Source: a virus
DNA length: 64,000 nucleotides
Reading direction: 5' to 3' (one strand)
IMG/VR virus record: IMGVR_UViG_3300028025_000090
The notes beneath the pieces are model-generated. The model was not told where the DNA came from, ran no database searches, and saw nothing but the letters and a program-made list of their open reading frames with translations. Position numbers and translations under genes: made by a program. Below are positions 48,290-57,539 of the stretch, in pieces. Within the stretch, counting starts at the first letter, position 1. Each line of letters opens with the position of its first letter.

Positions 48290-49027
48290 TTAAATCTTGA
48301 AATTCTTGATTTGATTCGTGAGATTCTTGAATTGATTATCCTTTTCTATCCATTGACCCTGATCTTTCAGCATTTGTTCCATCATTTCCAGATTTTTAGG
48401 ATCAAGAACACTTTCTTGTGTTTCAATTAATTCACCTTTTTGATCGATAAATTCTCCAACCCAAGCAATTCGATCATCAAGATTCGGAATATTTTCAATA
48501 GGAATAATTGCTGGCATGTCATCAGCGATGAAGAATGGTGTGTTTTCCAGATGATCAGAATATTGTTCATAAAGACCAGCAAAGATATCATCAATCTCCT
48601 GAATATAATTCAAATTAGTATCGCGTAATCCATCTGCTACAACTTTGATAGTGGGATCGTATTTAATCCAAAAAATAATATCTAGATTTTTCAGAGAACG
48701 TCGAACAATATCTACAGTAATTCCGAGAACATCCTCCGATACCAAATCTTTTTCAGTAGCATGGAGGGTATATGCCAAATTATCCAAAGGACAGCGATCA
48801 TATACGACATATTTCTCATCCTTATTAACTTCTAAGGTCTGTGTCATCCAATCCAAGATAAGCAATTGTGTTTCTGCTGTGGTATTGGAAGAATGTTTCA
48901 AATCTTTTTCTTTGATAATATCTCTGTATGTTTTTAACGGTGTTTTATACATCTGCCATTTCTGCAAAAAAGACTTAATTAAGGTGCTTTTTCCGACATT
49001 ACCGCTACCACTAAACGCAATTTTCAT
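48290..49027 (-). CDS. P-loop nucleotide kinase (AAA_28 / NadR-type)
   Basis: GSGNVGKST, YDRCPLD. Confidence 0.7.
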   Translation of the reverse strand: MKIAFSGSGNVGKSTLIKSFLQKWQMYKTPLKTYRDIIKEKDLKHSSNTTAETQLLILDWMTQTLEVNKDEKYVVYDRCPLDNLAYTLHATEKDLVSEDVLGITVDIVRRSLKNLDIIFWIKYDPTIKVVADGLRDTNLNYIQEIDDIFAGLYEQYSDHLENTPFFIADDMPAIIPIENIPNLDDRIAWVGEFIDQKGELIETQESVLDPKNLEMMEQMLKDQGQWIEKDNQFKNLTNQIKNFKI

Positions 49028-49034
49028 ATTAATT

Positions 49035-49062
49035 AATTTACCACCATATTCTCATAAATCAA
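49035..49062 (-). promoter_or_regulatory. Sigma70-type early promoter heading the NAD/glycan operon
   Basis: TTGATT-N16-TAAATT with TG extension, 7 nt before ATG 49027. Confidence 0.6.
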
Positions 49063-49089
49063 GTGGTTTTTTGTTAAATAATAATACAT

Positions 49090-49830
49090 ATGTCAGTTAA
49101 AAAGACACCTCCTCGTAAGAGGAAAGAGCGGGATGTGACAGAAGAATATACTGAACACATCAAAAAGGGGTTTGATTTATCAAATTTATATTTGAAAAAT
49201 AATTATCCAATGACTGATAACCAACAGAAATTTTATTATATGTCGCAAAGTCCGAGGAATAATATGGTATTTGTCAACGGACCAGCAGGAAGCGCGAAGA
49301 CTCACTTAGCTGTATTTTCAGCCTTAGAACTTCTAAAGAACGGGCATGTTGATAAGATCATCTATATTCGTTCTGTAGTGGAGAGTTCTTCACGTTCAAT
49401 TGGATTTCTTAAAGGTGACGAGAATGAAAAATTCTTACCTTATATTATGCCAATGTTGGATAAATTGAATGAAATTTTGTCTAAAACAGATATCACTTAT
49501 TTGATGGAAAACGAATATATCAAAGCAATACCAGTAAATTTCGTAAGAGGTCTTACCTTCCATCGCTGTGCTGTGATCATTGATGAAGCTCAAAACATGA
49601 CAAAGGGAGAGCTAACAACCATCCTAACACGATTTGGTAGACATTCTCGATACTTCGTATTGGGCGATGCTGCTCAAGCAGATATCAAGGACTCTGGATT
49701 TACTTCCGTATATGAAGCATTTGACACTGATTTCTCAAGAAAAAATGAAATTCAATGTGTCGAATTCGACACAAGTGATATCGTGAGATCACAGATATTG
49801 AAACATATCACGCAAGTTCTCAAGGTATAA
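49090..49830 (+). CDS. phoH: PhoH-like ATPase
   Basis: GPAGSAKT, RGLTF, DEAQN, LTRFG, GD..Q.D, DIVRS. Confidence 0.92.
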   Translation: MSVKKTPPRKRKERDVTEEYTEHIKKGFDLSNLYLKNNYPMTDNQQKFYYMSQSPRNNMVFVNGPAGSAKTHLAVFSALELLKNGHVDKIIYIRSVVESSSRSIGFLKGDENEKFLPYIMPMLDKLNEILSKTDITYLMENEYIKAIPVNFVRGLTFHRCAVIIDEAQNMTKGELTTILTRFGRHSRYFVLGDAAQADIKDSGFTSVYEAFDTDFSRKNEIQCVEFDTSDIVRSQILKHITQVLKV

Positions 49831-49831
49831 T

Positions 49832-49845
49832 GCGTATTAATACGC
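49832..49845. terminator. Perfect 14-bp palindrome between convergent genes
   Basis: GCGTATTAATACGC. Confidence 0.45.
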
Positions 49846-49857
49846 TATAAATACTAA

Positions 49858-50037
49858 TCACTTCGCCCCCCAAGAAGTACCATCAAACCATGAATGACCT
49901 TTTGGATTTTCCAAGGTTGGTTGTGGTTTTTGTGGTGTTTCTACTTTGATTGGTTGCTCAACAGCTTTCGGTGTTTCTTCTTCACCGTTCACAATCTTAA
50001 AATTCTCATCCTCTTTCACTACGATTTCTACGTTCAT
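49858..50037 (-). CDS. 59-aa protein missing from the ORF track
   Basis: MNVEIVVKEDENFKIVNGEEETPK...GHSWFDGTSWGAK; TAAATA exactly 5 nt upstream. Confidence 0.7.
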   Translation of the reverse strand: MNVEIVVKEDENFKIVNGEEETPKAVEQPIKVETPQKPQPTLENPKGHSWFDGTSWGAK

Positions 50038-50073
50038 ATTGATATTTATGAATGATTTGTGAATGTCAATATC

Positions 50074-50619
50074 TTATGGCGTGGTAGATGTTGGAGGCGT
50101 AGTAGATGGTGGAGTATTTTTCTCTCCTTCGGGTCTAGCATCATCGTTCCAATATGCATCCTTCCTATCTTCATCTTTCATAAATTGATCCCATCTAGGT
50201 TTAATGACCCAATCAAAGGAATCTTTGTCTTTATCAAAAAGAACAATTGCTTGAGGATATCTGAATTTTTTACCAGCTACAGATTCACCTGTTGGGGTGA
50301 CACCTTTTTGCGCTACTTTGACCAGATAGTGCTGCCCCTTTGGAGTGTTTTTACCCACTTTAATTTTTTCATTTGGGATTGGCACTATGCCTTGTTCATC
50401 CATCCAATCCAAAATTCTTTCTTCTATTTTTTTGACGGATTGTTTTATTCTTTGTATAGCACCTCTACTTGCTTGTGCAATATTAGCCAATTTAGAACTA
50501 GTATTAGGCGCGACAACCTTACCAACTTCTTTACCTACTTGCTTTGCGAAATTAAGACCTCTTTTAAAAGCATCCCAAAGTCCCTCTTCCAATAATTCTC
50601 TCTGTGATAACTTATACAT
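50074..50619 (-). CDS. Hypothetical protein, candidate internal head protein
   Basis: Starts MYKLSQRELLEEG. Confidence 0.6.
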   Translation of the reverse strand: MYKLSQRELLEEGLWDAFKRGLNFAKQVGKEVGKVVAPNTSSKLANIAQASRGAIQRIKQSVKKIEERILDWMDEQGIVPIPNEKIKVGKNTPKGQHYLVKVAQKGVTPTGESVAGKKFRYPQAIVLFDKDKDSFDWVIKPRWDQFMKDEDRKDAYWNDDARPEGEKNTPPSTTPPTSTTP

Positions 50620-51070
50620 CGACTGATAATTTTTTGTCTGCTACATTGTTTAATGCCACATCGATCAGGGCATCCAATTCATTTTTGATAAAATCTTTTC
50701 CGATTAAAACCTTGTGGTCATTAGTAGATCGATTACTAATAGAAAAGGGGATACTTTTAAATTTTTTACCTCCTATAATACAATCGAAAAGACACACAGG
50801 TCTTTCAACAGTATTTCCTTCTCCGATATTAATTATGATTGTATCTTCTGTAGGTTTTTCTAATCTCATGGAATTGATGGTTGTGAATCTTACTATCTTC
50901 TCGCCTGTTTTCTTATCCTTACCAAATTCAACATCTTCTCCATGTAAAACATTGTAAGCACCGTTACCAGTATCCAATTTAGAGGAAATAGTCCCGACAC
51001 CATCAATAATAATATCTTCGATTAGACCGAATATATTTTTTTCCACAAAGAATTGTTTGAAACTTGTCAT
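50612..51070 (-). CDS. Retropepsin-like aspartic protease (RimK-associated Zn_protease family) with CTS-like N-terminus
   Basis: KLDTG, ERPV, VLIGKDF; starts MTSFKQFFVE. Confidence 0.8.
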   Translation of the reverse strand: MTSFKQFFVEKNIFGLIEDIIIDGVGTISSKLDTGNGAYNVLHGEDVEFGKDKKTGEKIVRFTTINSMRLEKPTEDTIIINIGEGNTVERPVCLFDCIIGGKKFKSIPFSISNRSTNDHKVLIGKDFIKNELDALIDVALNNVADKKLSVDV

Positions 51071-51086
51071 TCATTTATAAAAATTA

Positions 51087-51515
51087 TTAATAATCATCGG
51101 ATTGCTCGAATCCAGTGTTTGCAAAATCAGCTTTAGCATCAAGACGATGCCAAACATCGGAAACATATGTCGAAGAAATAGTAATCGCGGAAACCATCCA
51201 ATCTTCAAATTCACAATCGTTTCTCATTTCATACAAACGATCAGCATATTCAGCGAGTTTTTTCAACTCTGAAAGAAGAACTTCATTAACTTCGTGCTTC
51301 TCAACAGGACTAATTGGATCAAATTCCATGACCATTCCATGTGCTTCAGGTTGATCAAAATCACTTTCGTCACCAAAGTCATCGTCGTCACCGAAATCAT
51401 CATCCTCCATGGCATCACCGAAGTCATCATCCATCTCTTCATCAAATCTTTCGTTCATAACTTTACCACGGAAAGATTCCCAAATCACTTTATTTTCTTC
51501 GCCTTTGAATTTCAT
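51087..51515 (-). CDS. Acidic hypothetical protein, candidate internal head protein
   Basis: VIWES, D/E-rich tract; late box 5 nt upstream. Confidence 0.6.
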   Translation of the reverse strand: MKFKGEENKVIWESFRGKVMNERFDEEMDDDFGDAMEDDDFGDDDDFGDESDFDQPEAHGMVMEFDPISPVEKHEVNEVLLSELKKLAEYADRLYEMRNDCEFEDWMVSAITISSTYVSDVWHRLDAKADFANTGFEQSDDY

Positions 51516-51523
51516 AATATTAT

Positions 51524-51928
51524 TTAGCTAATTGAGTTTAAATTCTGAGTTTCCTCTTTCTCATTCTGGATTCCCATGATAATTGGTAGAATTTCTTCTT
51601 CATAAAATTCTTTACCAGTCTTTCCAGTCTGTTGTAACAATTCTTGAGCTTTATCATCATCCTGTAAAGCAACTTCAAGTTCCTTCAGATTTGATTTATC
51701 TGCTTCCGATACATTAGTTGTTGTTGCGTATAGCAATGCCATCACAACATGTTTGATGTAATTAATTTCTGCTATGGAAGTTAGAGGAACAGGATTAGCT
51801 TCTTCCGCTGATGGTGCTGGTTGCCCCTCTTGAGGTGGTGCTTGCTCCATACCAGCATTAGGGTCTTGTCCTTCTTGTTCAAGAAGGCGACTATATTTTT
51901 CAATTAGTTGTAATGTTTTTGATTTCAT
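51524..51928 (-). CDS. Hypothetical protein, candidate internal head protein
   Basis: LQLIEKYSRLLEQE. Confidence 0.6.
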   Translation of the reverse strand: MKSKTLQLIEKYSRLLEQEGQDPNAGMEQAPPQEGQPAPSAEEANPVPLTSIAEINYIKHVVMALLYATTTNVSEADKSNLKELEVALQDDDKAQELLQQTGKTGKEFYEEEILPIIMGIQNEKEETQNLNSIS

Positions 51929-51929
51929 G

Positions 51930-52394
51930 TTAATAAGTTCTTCCAGTTGCAGTTTGTTTTACTGCTTGCAATCCTTTTTTAATTCTTACTGAACCTTTTC
52001 TATAAGCATCAACCGCTTGATTAGCAAGATTTTGTCTTTCTTTCACTGCTGATTTTGCTTTTTGCGCGGAAGTGCCAAACAATTTACCTGCAAGACCTTT
52101 CAAACCACTAGAAGCTTTACCTGCCAAACCTTCGACTTCTTTATCGACTTCATATGCCCCTGTTCCCGCATCGATAAATTCATCCTCTTCGGCGTATTTT
52201 TTCTTCTTGAGACGTTTTTTCTTTTCATGAAGAAGCATTTTAGCTTTGAAAGCATCTTCCATTTTTTGTTCATTAGCTGGATCATATCCTTCTAAAATTT
52301 CTAAAAATTTGCTTTTTTTAGCTTTGGAAGAATTTTCCATTTCACGCTTAGTAGCTGGATCGTGTTCTTCAATAAGTTTCAAAAATTTACTCAT
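51930..52394 (-). CDS. Hypothetical protein with duplicated N-terminal unit
   Basis: SKFLKLIEEHDPA / SKFLEILEGYDPA; late box 5 nt upstream. Confidence 0.65.
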   Translation of the reverse strand: MSKFLKLIEEHDPATKREMENSSKAKKSKFLEILEGYDPANEQKMEDAFKAKMLLHEKKKRLKKKKYAEEDEFIDAGTGAYEVDKEVEGLAGKASSGLKGLAGKLFGTSAQKAKSAVKERQNLANQAVDAYRKGSVRIKKGLQAVKQTATGRTY

Positions 52395-52398
52395 AGCA

Positions 52399-52896
52399 TT
52401 ATTTAATCAAAATAGTCATCTTATTGATAACTTCTTGGAAATACTGCTCATTGAGAAAAGTCAGACCCTCTTTCTCCAAATATTTGGATATTTTTCGGAA
52501 TGATGGTGTTTTTCTATTTTGAAATGCCATTTCTAATTCAGAGATCATTTCAGCATTCAAAATTTTCAAAAGATATTCCAATTTTTCGAAATCAAAATTC
52601 TTTTCAATGATATTGATTTTGAAAATTCTACGAACTTTTTTCAAAAGCTGATTACGGAATTTATCCTTCGTCAGTGTATTGGAAAAAAATACAAAATCTT
52701 GTTGTGTATATTTCAAAAATTCAGTAAATGTCTTAATGAACTCATGAGTATACAATTTCTGATTATTTCTTTTAGAAAAATCAAAAGTTGCAGTCAGCCC
52801 TAGATTTTCTAAAAGAATTGCAAAGGTTTCATTTGTTTCTTTGAAAACCTCATCAATATCGATGATTTTCTTATTTCGAAATAAAATTCTAGTCAC
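52399..52896 (-). CDS. Hypothetical protein
   Basis: 165-aa ORF coupled to the GIY-YIG gene. Confidence 0.55.
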   Translation of the reverse strand: MTRILFRNKKIIDIDEVFKETNETFAILLENLGLTATFDFSKRNNQKLYTHEFIKTFTEFLKYTQQDFVFFSNTLTKDKFRNQLLKKVRRIFKINIIEKNFDFEKLEYLLKILNAEMISELEMAFQNRKTPSFRKISKYLEKEGLTFLNEQYFQEVINKMTILIK

Positions 52897-53357
52897 AACC
52901 CAAGAGTAGCAGGATTGCGTTCGATGTCAATATAATTTTTGGGAATGATACCTAAGCGGACATTTAGAATACCATTGTAATATTTTTGATCCATCAATGC
53001 ATTGCATTTAATTTGCCAAATCAACTCTCCGTAGGTCATATGGAATTTTGATTGGCAAACTTCTATCACTTCTCTGGAAAAATGCTCAATACCGTATTTC
53101 TCAATGTCAGCAAGCAATTCTTTGGACGATCCCCAATACTTTTCAACATCGTTGTCCACATAAGAAATCCTATTGCGTGTCTTACCTTTCAATGGTTTCC
53201 TTTTTACTTTCTTGAGCAATTTCTTTTGCCCAATGTAGTATTTTTTCTTGGAATCTGGATGATTATTGCGAATGAGGTAAACAAATCCTACAACACCTTC
53301 CGTATCGGTTGGGAAATTTTTCCATGAGCTTTGGGGTTGACTTTCTGATTTTTGCAT
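52893..53357 (-). CDS. Stand-alone GIY-YIG nuclease-domain protein
   Basis: FVYLI...YYIGQK, YWGSS, YYNG. Confidence 0.8.
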   Translation of the reverse strand: MQKSESQPQSSWKNFPTDTEGVVGFVYLIRNNHPDSKKKYYIGQKKLLKKVKRKPLKGKTRNRISYVDNDVEKYWGSSKELLADIEKYGIEHFSREVIEVCQSKFHMTYGELIWQIKCNALMDQKYYNGILNVRLGIIPKNYIDIERNPATLGL

Positions 53358-53696
53358 TTATATTTAATTATAATTGATTCTGATTTATTATATTTATTGT
53401 ACATTAATCTTAATCAATAGATAATGATAAGAAGATTGATTTTAATTAATTTTTTTTTCTTTTGTTTCTTTCTTTAGTTATCTTTAATCATAGTTAATAT
53501 ATAATCTATATCTAATAATAAGATAATTAATTATAATAATAAATTGACTATTGACAAATGAATATAGCGAGTATAATTAATGGGAGGGGGGTGGGAATAG
53601 ATGTACAATATAATAAAGAAATTTAGTTAAATTTAATCGCCAGAAAATTGAAAAACATCCGTTTGACATCCCAAAAATCTGTGCTACTGTCCAAAC
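53358..53696. other. Very AT-rich divergent intergenic region, candidate replication origin
   Basis: Largest non-coding gap and a strand switch. Contains TTGACA-N15-TATAAT (53551-53577), GGGAGGGGGGTGGG (53582-53595) and flanking inverted repeats. Confidence 0.5.
53663..53690 (+). promoter_or_regulatory. Sigma70-type early promoter
   Basis: TTGACA-N16-TACTGT with TG extension, 6 nt before ATG 53697. Confidence 0.65.
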
Positions 53697-54623
53697 ATGA
53701 ACGTAAATTACATCAAAAATATCGACGCAATGGCTGGATTGAAGGAATTACCTGACAAATCGATTCATTGTTGTCTCACATCACCTCCTTACTACAACCT
53801 TCGTCAATACACAGATGATGAAAATGAATTTGGATTGGCAGAGACACCTGAAGAGTTTGTCAATGGATTGTGTGATTACTACGATGAAGTCTATCGTGTT
53901 CTGCGAGATGATGGTGTTGTTTTTGTGAACTTAGGTGATACCTATCTTGGAAGTGGTAAAGGTGTTTGGAAAAACAAAGAAGAACCTCAAAAAGAGTCAT
54001 TCAAATTTCGAGAAAAACCCAAAGAGAAATTGGGTGGTTGGAGAAAACCCAAACAATTGGCATTAATTCCTTTTCGTTTTGCCATCGAGATGCAGAATAG
54101 AGGATGGATTTTGAGAAATAATATCGTATGGCATAAAGGAAATGCCCTTCCACAGAGCGTCACAGATCGTTTTGTGGTTGATTTTGAATCGGTATTCATG
54201 TTCGTGAAAAGCAAATCATATTATTTCAAACAACAAATTGAACCATTTGCCAATTCTTCTAATCCAATGGAAGTCTACACAGGAGAGGCTACAAAGGATT
54301 ATGAGACTCAGAAGGCTCAGAACCCAAGTGATACGAAGAGAAGGATTCTGGATGCAATGCGTAAGCGAGGAGGACGTTCCATGAGAGCAGTCTGGAAAAT
54401 TAATACCAAACCCAACAAGTCAGTCCACACAGCCACATTCCCCGAAGAATTGGTGGAACGTATGTTGAAGAGTGGATGCCCTGAAGGTGGTGTCGTATTG
54501 GACTTCTTTATGGGTTCAGGGACAACAGGAGCAGTTGCCAAACAATTAGGCATGAACTATATCGGATTTGATTTAAATTCCGAATATTGTGAAGTGGCGA
54601 GAAAGAGAATTAATTCTTTTTAA
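53697..54623 (+). CDS. DNA N4-C/N6-A methyltransferase (beta class)
   Basis: TSPPYY, HTATFPEEL, DFFMGSGTT. Confidence 0.93.
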   Translation: MNVNYIKNIDAMAGLKELPDKSIHCCLTSPPYYNLRQYTDDENEFGLAETPEEFVNGLCDYYDEVYRVLRDDGVVFVNLGDTYLGSGKGVWKNKEEPQKESFKFREKPKEKLGGWRKPKQLALIPFRFAIEMQNRGWILRNNIVWHKGNALPQSVTDRFVVDFESVFMFVKSKSYYFKQQIEPFANSSNPMEVYTGEATKDYETQKAQNPSDTKRRILDAMRKRGGRSMRAVWKINTKPNKSVHTATFPEELVERMLKSGCPEGGVVLDFFMGSGTTGAVAKQLGMNYIGFDLNSEYCEVARKRINSF

Positions 54624-54846
54624 TTTTCTTTCTGCGTTTTTTATTTTTTAATTTACCTCTCCTCGTGGTGATACCCATCCCATAAGGATTCCTAGCATCT
54701 CCTGAAGCAAACCAATCGGTGTTTTCAATACCAGCATGACCAGCGACATCGCCTCCATATACGTCTCCAGCAGTCATATCCTCGTTCAACATTTGTTGAT
54801 AAAGATTTGCGATGTTATTTTGATCATTGACAAAGGGTTTGCTCAT
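54610..54846 (-). CDS. Small protein, candidate internal head protein
   Basis: IANLYQQMLNED; basic tail; late box 5 nt upstream. Confidence 0.65.
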   Translation of the reverse strand: MSKPFVNDQNNIANLYQQMLNEDMTAGDVYGGDVAGHAGIENTDWFASGDARNPYGMGITTRRGKLKNKKRRKKIKKN

Positions 54847-54861
54847 GTTATTATTTAGTCA

Positions 54862-55173
54862 ATGGAGGAAGTAACAGTAAATGAAGAGCTTTTGGGACAA
54901 GTCATTAATAATTTGGTGAAGTCTTTTGATGACGAATTATTTAATCTAAAAGAGAATGAACTGGAGTCACACTGGTTTTGGAATTGGAATGATGAACATT
55001 CAGTGAATTACAATACATATAAATTTTTTGATTTGCTAGGTTTGTATCAAAGCTCTTGTAGAAAATGGGAAGAAAAACATAATGGTTACATTTGTGTGGT
55101 TGAAAGAGTTCGGGATAAGTATCTCATACCGAAAATTGAAGAATTTTTGAAAATTTTGAAAGAGAAACAATGA
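54862..55173 (+). CDS. Hypothetical protein
   Basis: First ORF of the plus-strand replication operon. Confidence 0.6.
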   Translation: MEEVTVNEELLGQVINNLVKSFDDELFNLKENELESHWFWNWNDEHSVNYNTYKFFDLLGLYQSSCRKWEEKHNGYICVVERVRDKYLIPKIEEFLKILKEKQ

Positions 55174-55523
55174 TCAAAGTGGTGAATAAGTCAAAACATA
55201 AGCCGACTCCCGATGATGTCTATATCGGGCGTGGCTCTGTTTTAGGTAATCCTTATCATTCCAAAGAATCCGATCATCCTCAAGCTCTGTATAAAGTGGA
55301 AACCACTGAAGAAGCTATTGAAGGATATGGAAAACACTTTGAGTATTCCTATTCCAATGATGCAGCTTTTCATAAATATGTTCGTGAATTAATTGAACGA
55401 GAGTTAGATGATAAGGATACAAATCTTGTTTGCTACTGCGCTCCCGATAAATGTCATGGTGACTTTATCAAAAAATCTGTAGAAGATGCAGCGAATCAAA
55501 TCCGATGGTCTTCTTTTATGTAA
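55170..55523 (+). CDS. DUF4326 family protein
   Basis: VYIGRGS..GNPY; LVCYCAP..CHGD. Confidence 0.85.
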   Translation: MIKVVNKSKHKPTPDDVYIGRGSVLGNPYHSKESDHPQALYKVETTEEAIEGYGKHFEYSYSNDAAFHKYVRELIERELDDKDTNLVCYCAPDKCHGDFIKKSVEDAANQIRWSSFM

Positions 55524-55528
55524 AAATT

Positions 55529-55927
55529 ATGAGTTACGAACTAATTAAAAAATATCAATCACAATATGAAGAATTTGCTAAGATCACAGACTTCAATCTT
55601 GAAGATGTGACTCGAAGAGTTCCCGCAGAGAAACACTTTTGGGTGTGTCGTCTCATTGATGCAAAAATCGAGAAAGACAAACTCTACAGATCGAAAGCAT
55701 CTACCAAACACACTCTCCAGAAGAAAATCATGGAAGAGTCTCCAGTGGCTCTAAATAAGCAGGTCTTGGACGATTTAGATAAGACACCTTCATTGGAAAA
55801 CATCAATCAAAAAATTAAAGAACAGGAATATTTGATTGAATATTTGGAAAAATTGGTAAGTCAGATTACCTTCATTGGTAATGATATTAAAAATATTTTG
55901 GAATTGCGGAAACTACAGGAATTATGA
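55529..55927 (+). CDS. uvsY: UvsY-like recombination mediator
   Basis: Helical, upstream of UvsW; YLEKLV.QI...GNDIKN..E..K pattern. Confidence 0.6.
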   Translation: MSYELIKKYQSQYEEFAKITDFNLEDVTRRVPAEKHFWVCRLIDAKIEKDKLYRSKASTKHTLQKKIMEESPVALNKQVLDDLDKTPSLENINQKIKEQEYLIEYLEKLVSQITFIGNDIKNILELRKLQEL

Positions 55928-56130
55928 GTGAATATAAATTAAACCCAGAAGAATCTTTTTACGAAAATATCATTCGCGTTTTTAGAATGAAAATGGAACA
56001 CCAAAAAATCAAATTCGATTATATTAATCCCAATATGATGGCAGAAGTTCTTGAAAAATTGGAGGCTTATGGTAGATTTGAGGCTGATGAAGAAATTTGG
56101 AAATGGATACAAGATATGTATGGAGCATGA
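55924..56130 (+). CDS. Hypothetical protein
   Basis: ATGA-coupled at both ends. Confidence 0.6.
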   Translation: MSEYKLNPEESFYENIIRVFRMKMEHQKIKFDYINPNMMAEVLEKLEAYGRFEADEEIWKWIQDMYGA

Positions 56131-57539
56131 TAACATTTGATTACAAAACAACCAAACGACAGGGGCAATTGATTACGGATTCCGAAACACTCGGTATGAT
56201 CCGTAATCATTTTTCTGTTAAGAATGATGGTGCTTCTTTTGCCAAGAAGAAAGGGCATCGTTTTGTGAAAGACCGTAAGTATGCGATTACTCCCACTGGT
56301 TTGTTTGACTTTGGATTTTATGGGGAGATTCTGAAATATCTAAGAGACAACCAAATTACTGATATCACATTCACTGATGAATTTCGTGATAGGTTGAAAT
56401 GTGGTATTGGAAAATTTGAGTTCAAAGATGAACTTAAATACGATGCTCGTTATTATCAGAAAGATTCTATCATAGCTGGTTTGGAGAAAGGTTATGGTGT
56501 TTTTCTATTAGCAACAGGTGCAGGTAAATCTTTAGCTCAAGCATTACTGATAGAAAATTATATGGAAAACGTATCAAATGATACATTCAAATGTCTTATC
56601 GTAGTTCCAGGTCTTTCTCTTGTAAATCAGTTACAAAAAGATTTCGAGGACTACCAAGTTACATTTTCATATTCAGGTTGGACTGGTGAAAGTCCCTTAC
56701 AAGATACTCAAGTTGTTATATGCAATACTCAGAATTTAGGTTCTAAATTTACTGATAATTCTTGGATACTTGATGTGAACTTATTGATAGTCGATGAGTG
56801 TCATGGTGTCAATAGTGATGCCAATTTGTCAAAAATTATTAATAAAATCAAAACACCAAATAAGTTCGGTTTCACAGGAACATTATCTGATAAACCATTG
56901 AATCAATGGAAAACGCTCGGTGTGTTCGGACCAGTGATTTATGAGAAGAAATCTAAAGAATTGAGAGATGAGAAATATCTATCAAATGTTAATATAAATG
57001 TTTTAAAATTGAAACATTCAAAAACATATAAATTAAATTATAAACAAGAATTAGAATACTTATATAAAAATGAAAAACGGAATGATTTTATTTGTAAATT
57101 GGCTGGTAAACTTAATGGCAACGTTCTCATTATGGTTAATCACTTGGAACATGGCGATTCTTTATTATCTGTTTTGTCTAATAAATTGGATAGACATATA
57201 TATTTTGTCAAAGGTGAAGTCGATGTTCAAGAAAGACAAAAAATAATTGACATGATGGAAAAGAATGATAATATCATCTGTATTGCGATGTCATCTATCT
57301 TTTCCACAGGTATCAACATTAAAAATCTTCCAAATATTATGTTTGTTGGATTGGGTAAGAGCTTTATTCGTGTTGTTCAGTCAATTGGTAGAGGACTTCG
57401 TTTACATGAAAGTAAAGACAAATTAAGAATATTTGACATTGTGGATAATACCAAATATTCATCTTCCCATGCTGAATACAGACAAGAAATTTATGATAAA
57501 GAAGATATCCAATGGACGGAAAGAACAATTGAAATATGA
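56127..57539 (+). CDS. uvsW: UvsW DNA helicase
   Basis: ATGAGKS, DECH, GFTGT, FSTGINIKNL, QSIGRGLR. Confidence 0.92.
   Translation: MITFDYKTTKRQGQLITDSETLGMIRNHFSVKNDGASFAKKKGHRFVKDRKYAITPTGLFDFGFYGEILKYLRDNQITDITFTDEFRDRLKCGIGKFEFKDELKYDARYYQKDSIIAGLEKGYGVFLLATGAGKSLAQALLIENYMENVSNDTFKCLIVVPGLSLVNQLQKDFEDYQVTFSYSGWTGESPLQDTQVVICNTQNLGSKFTDNSWILDVNLLIVDECHGVNSDANLSKIINKIKTPNKFGFTGTLSDKPLNQWKTLGVFGPVIYEKKSKELRDEKYLSNVNINVLKLKHSKTYKLNYKQELEYLYKNEKRNDFICKLAGKLNGNVLIMVNHLEHGDSLLSVLSNKLDRHIYFVKGEVDVQERQKIIDMMEKNDNIICIAMSSIFSTGINIKNLPNIMFVGLGKSFIRVVQSIGRGLRLHESKDKLRIFDIVDNTKYSSSHAEYRQEIYDKEDIQWTERTIEI

Noticed and set aside
52893-53357. GIY-YIG gene as a mobile homing endonuclease or intron
   Set aside because: Only 154 aa, lacks a DNA-binding extension and does not interrupt a gene.
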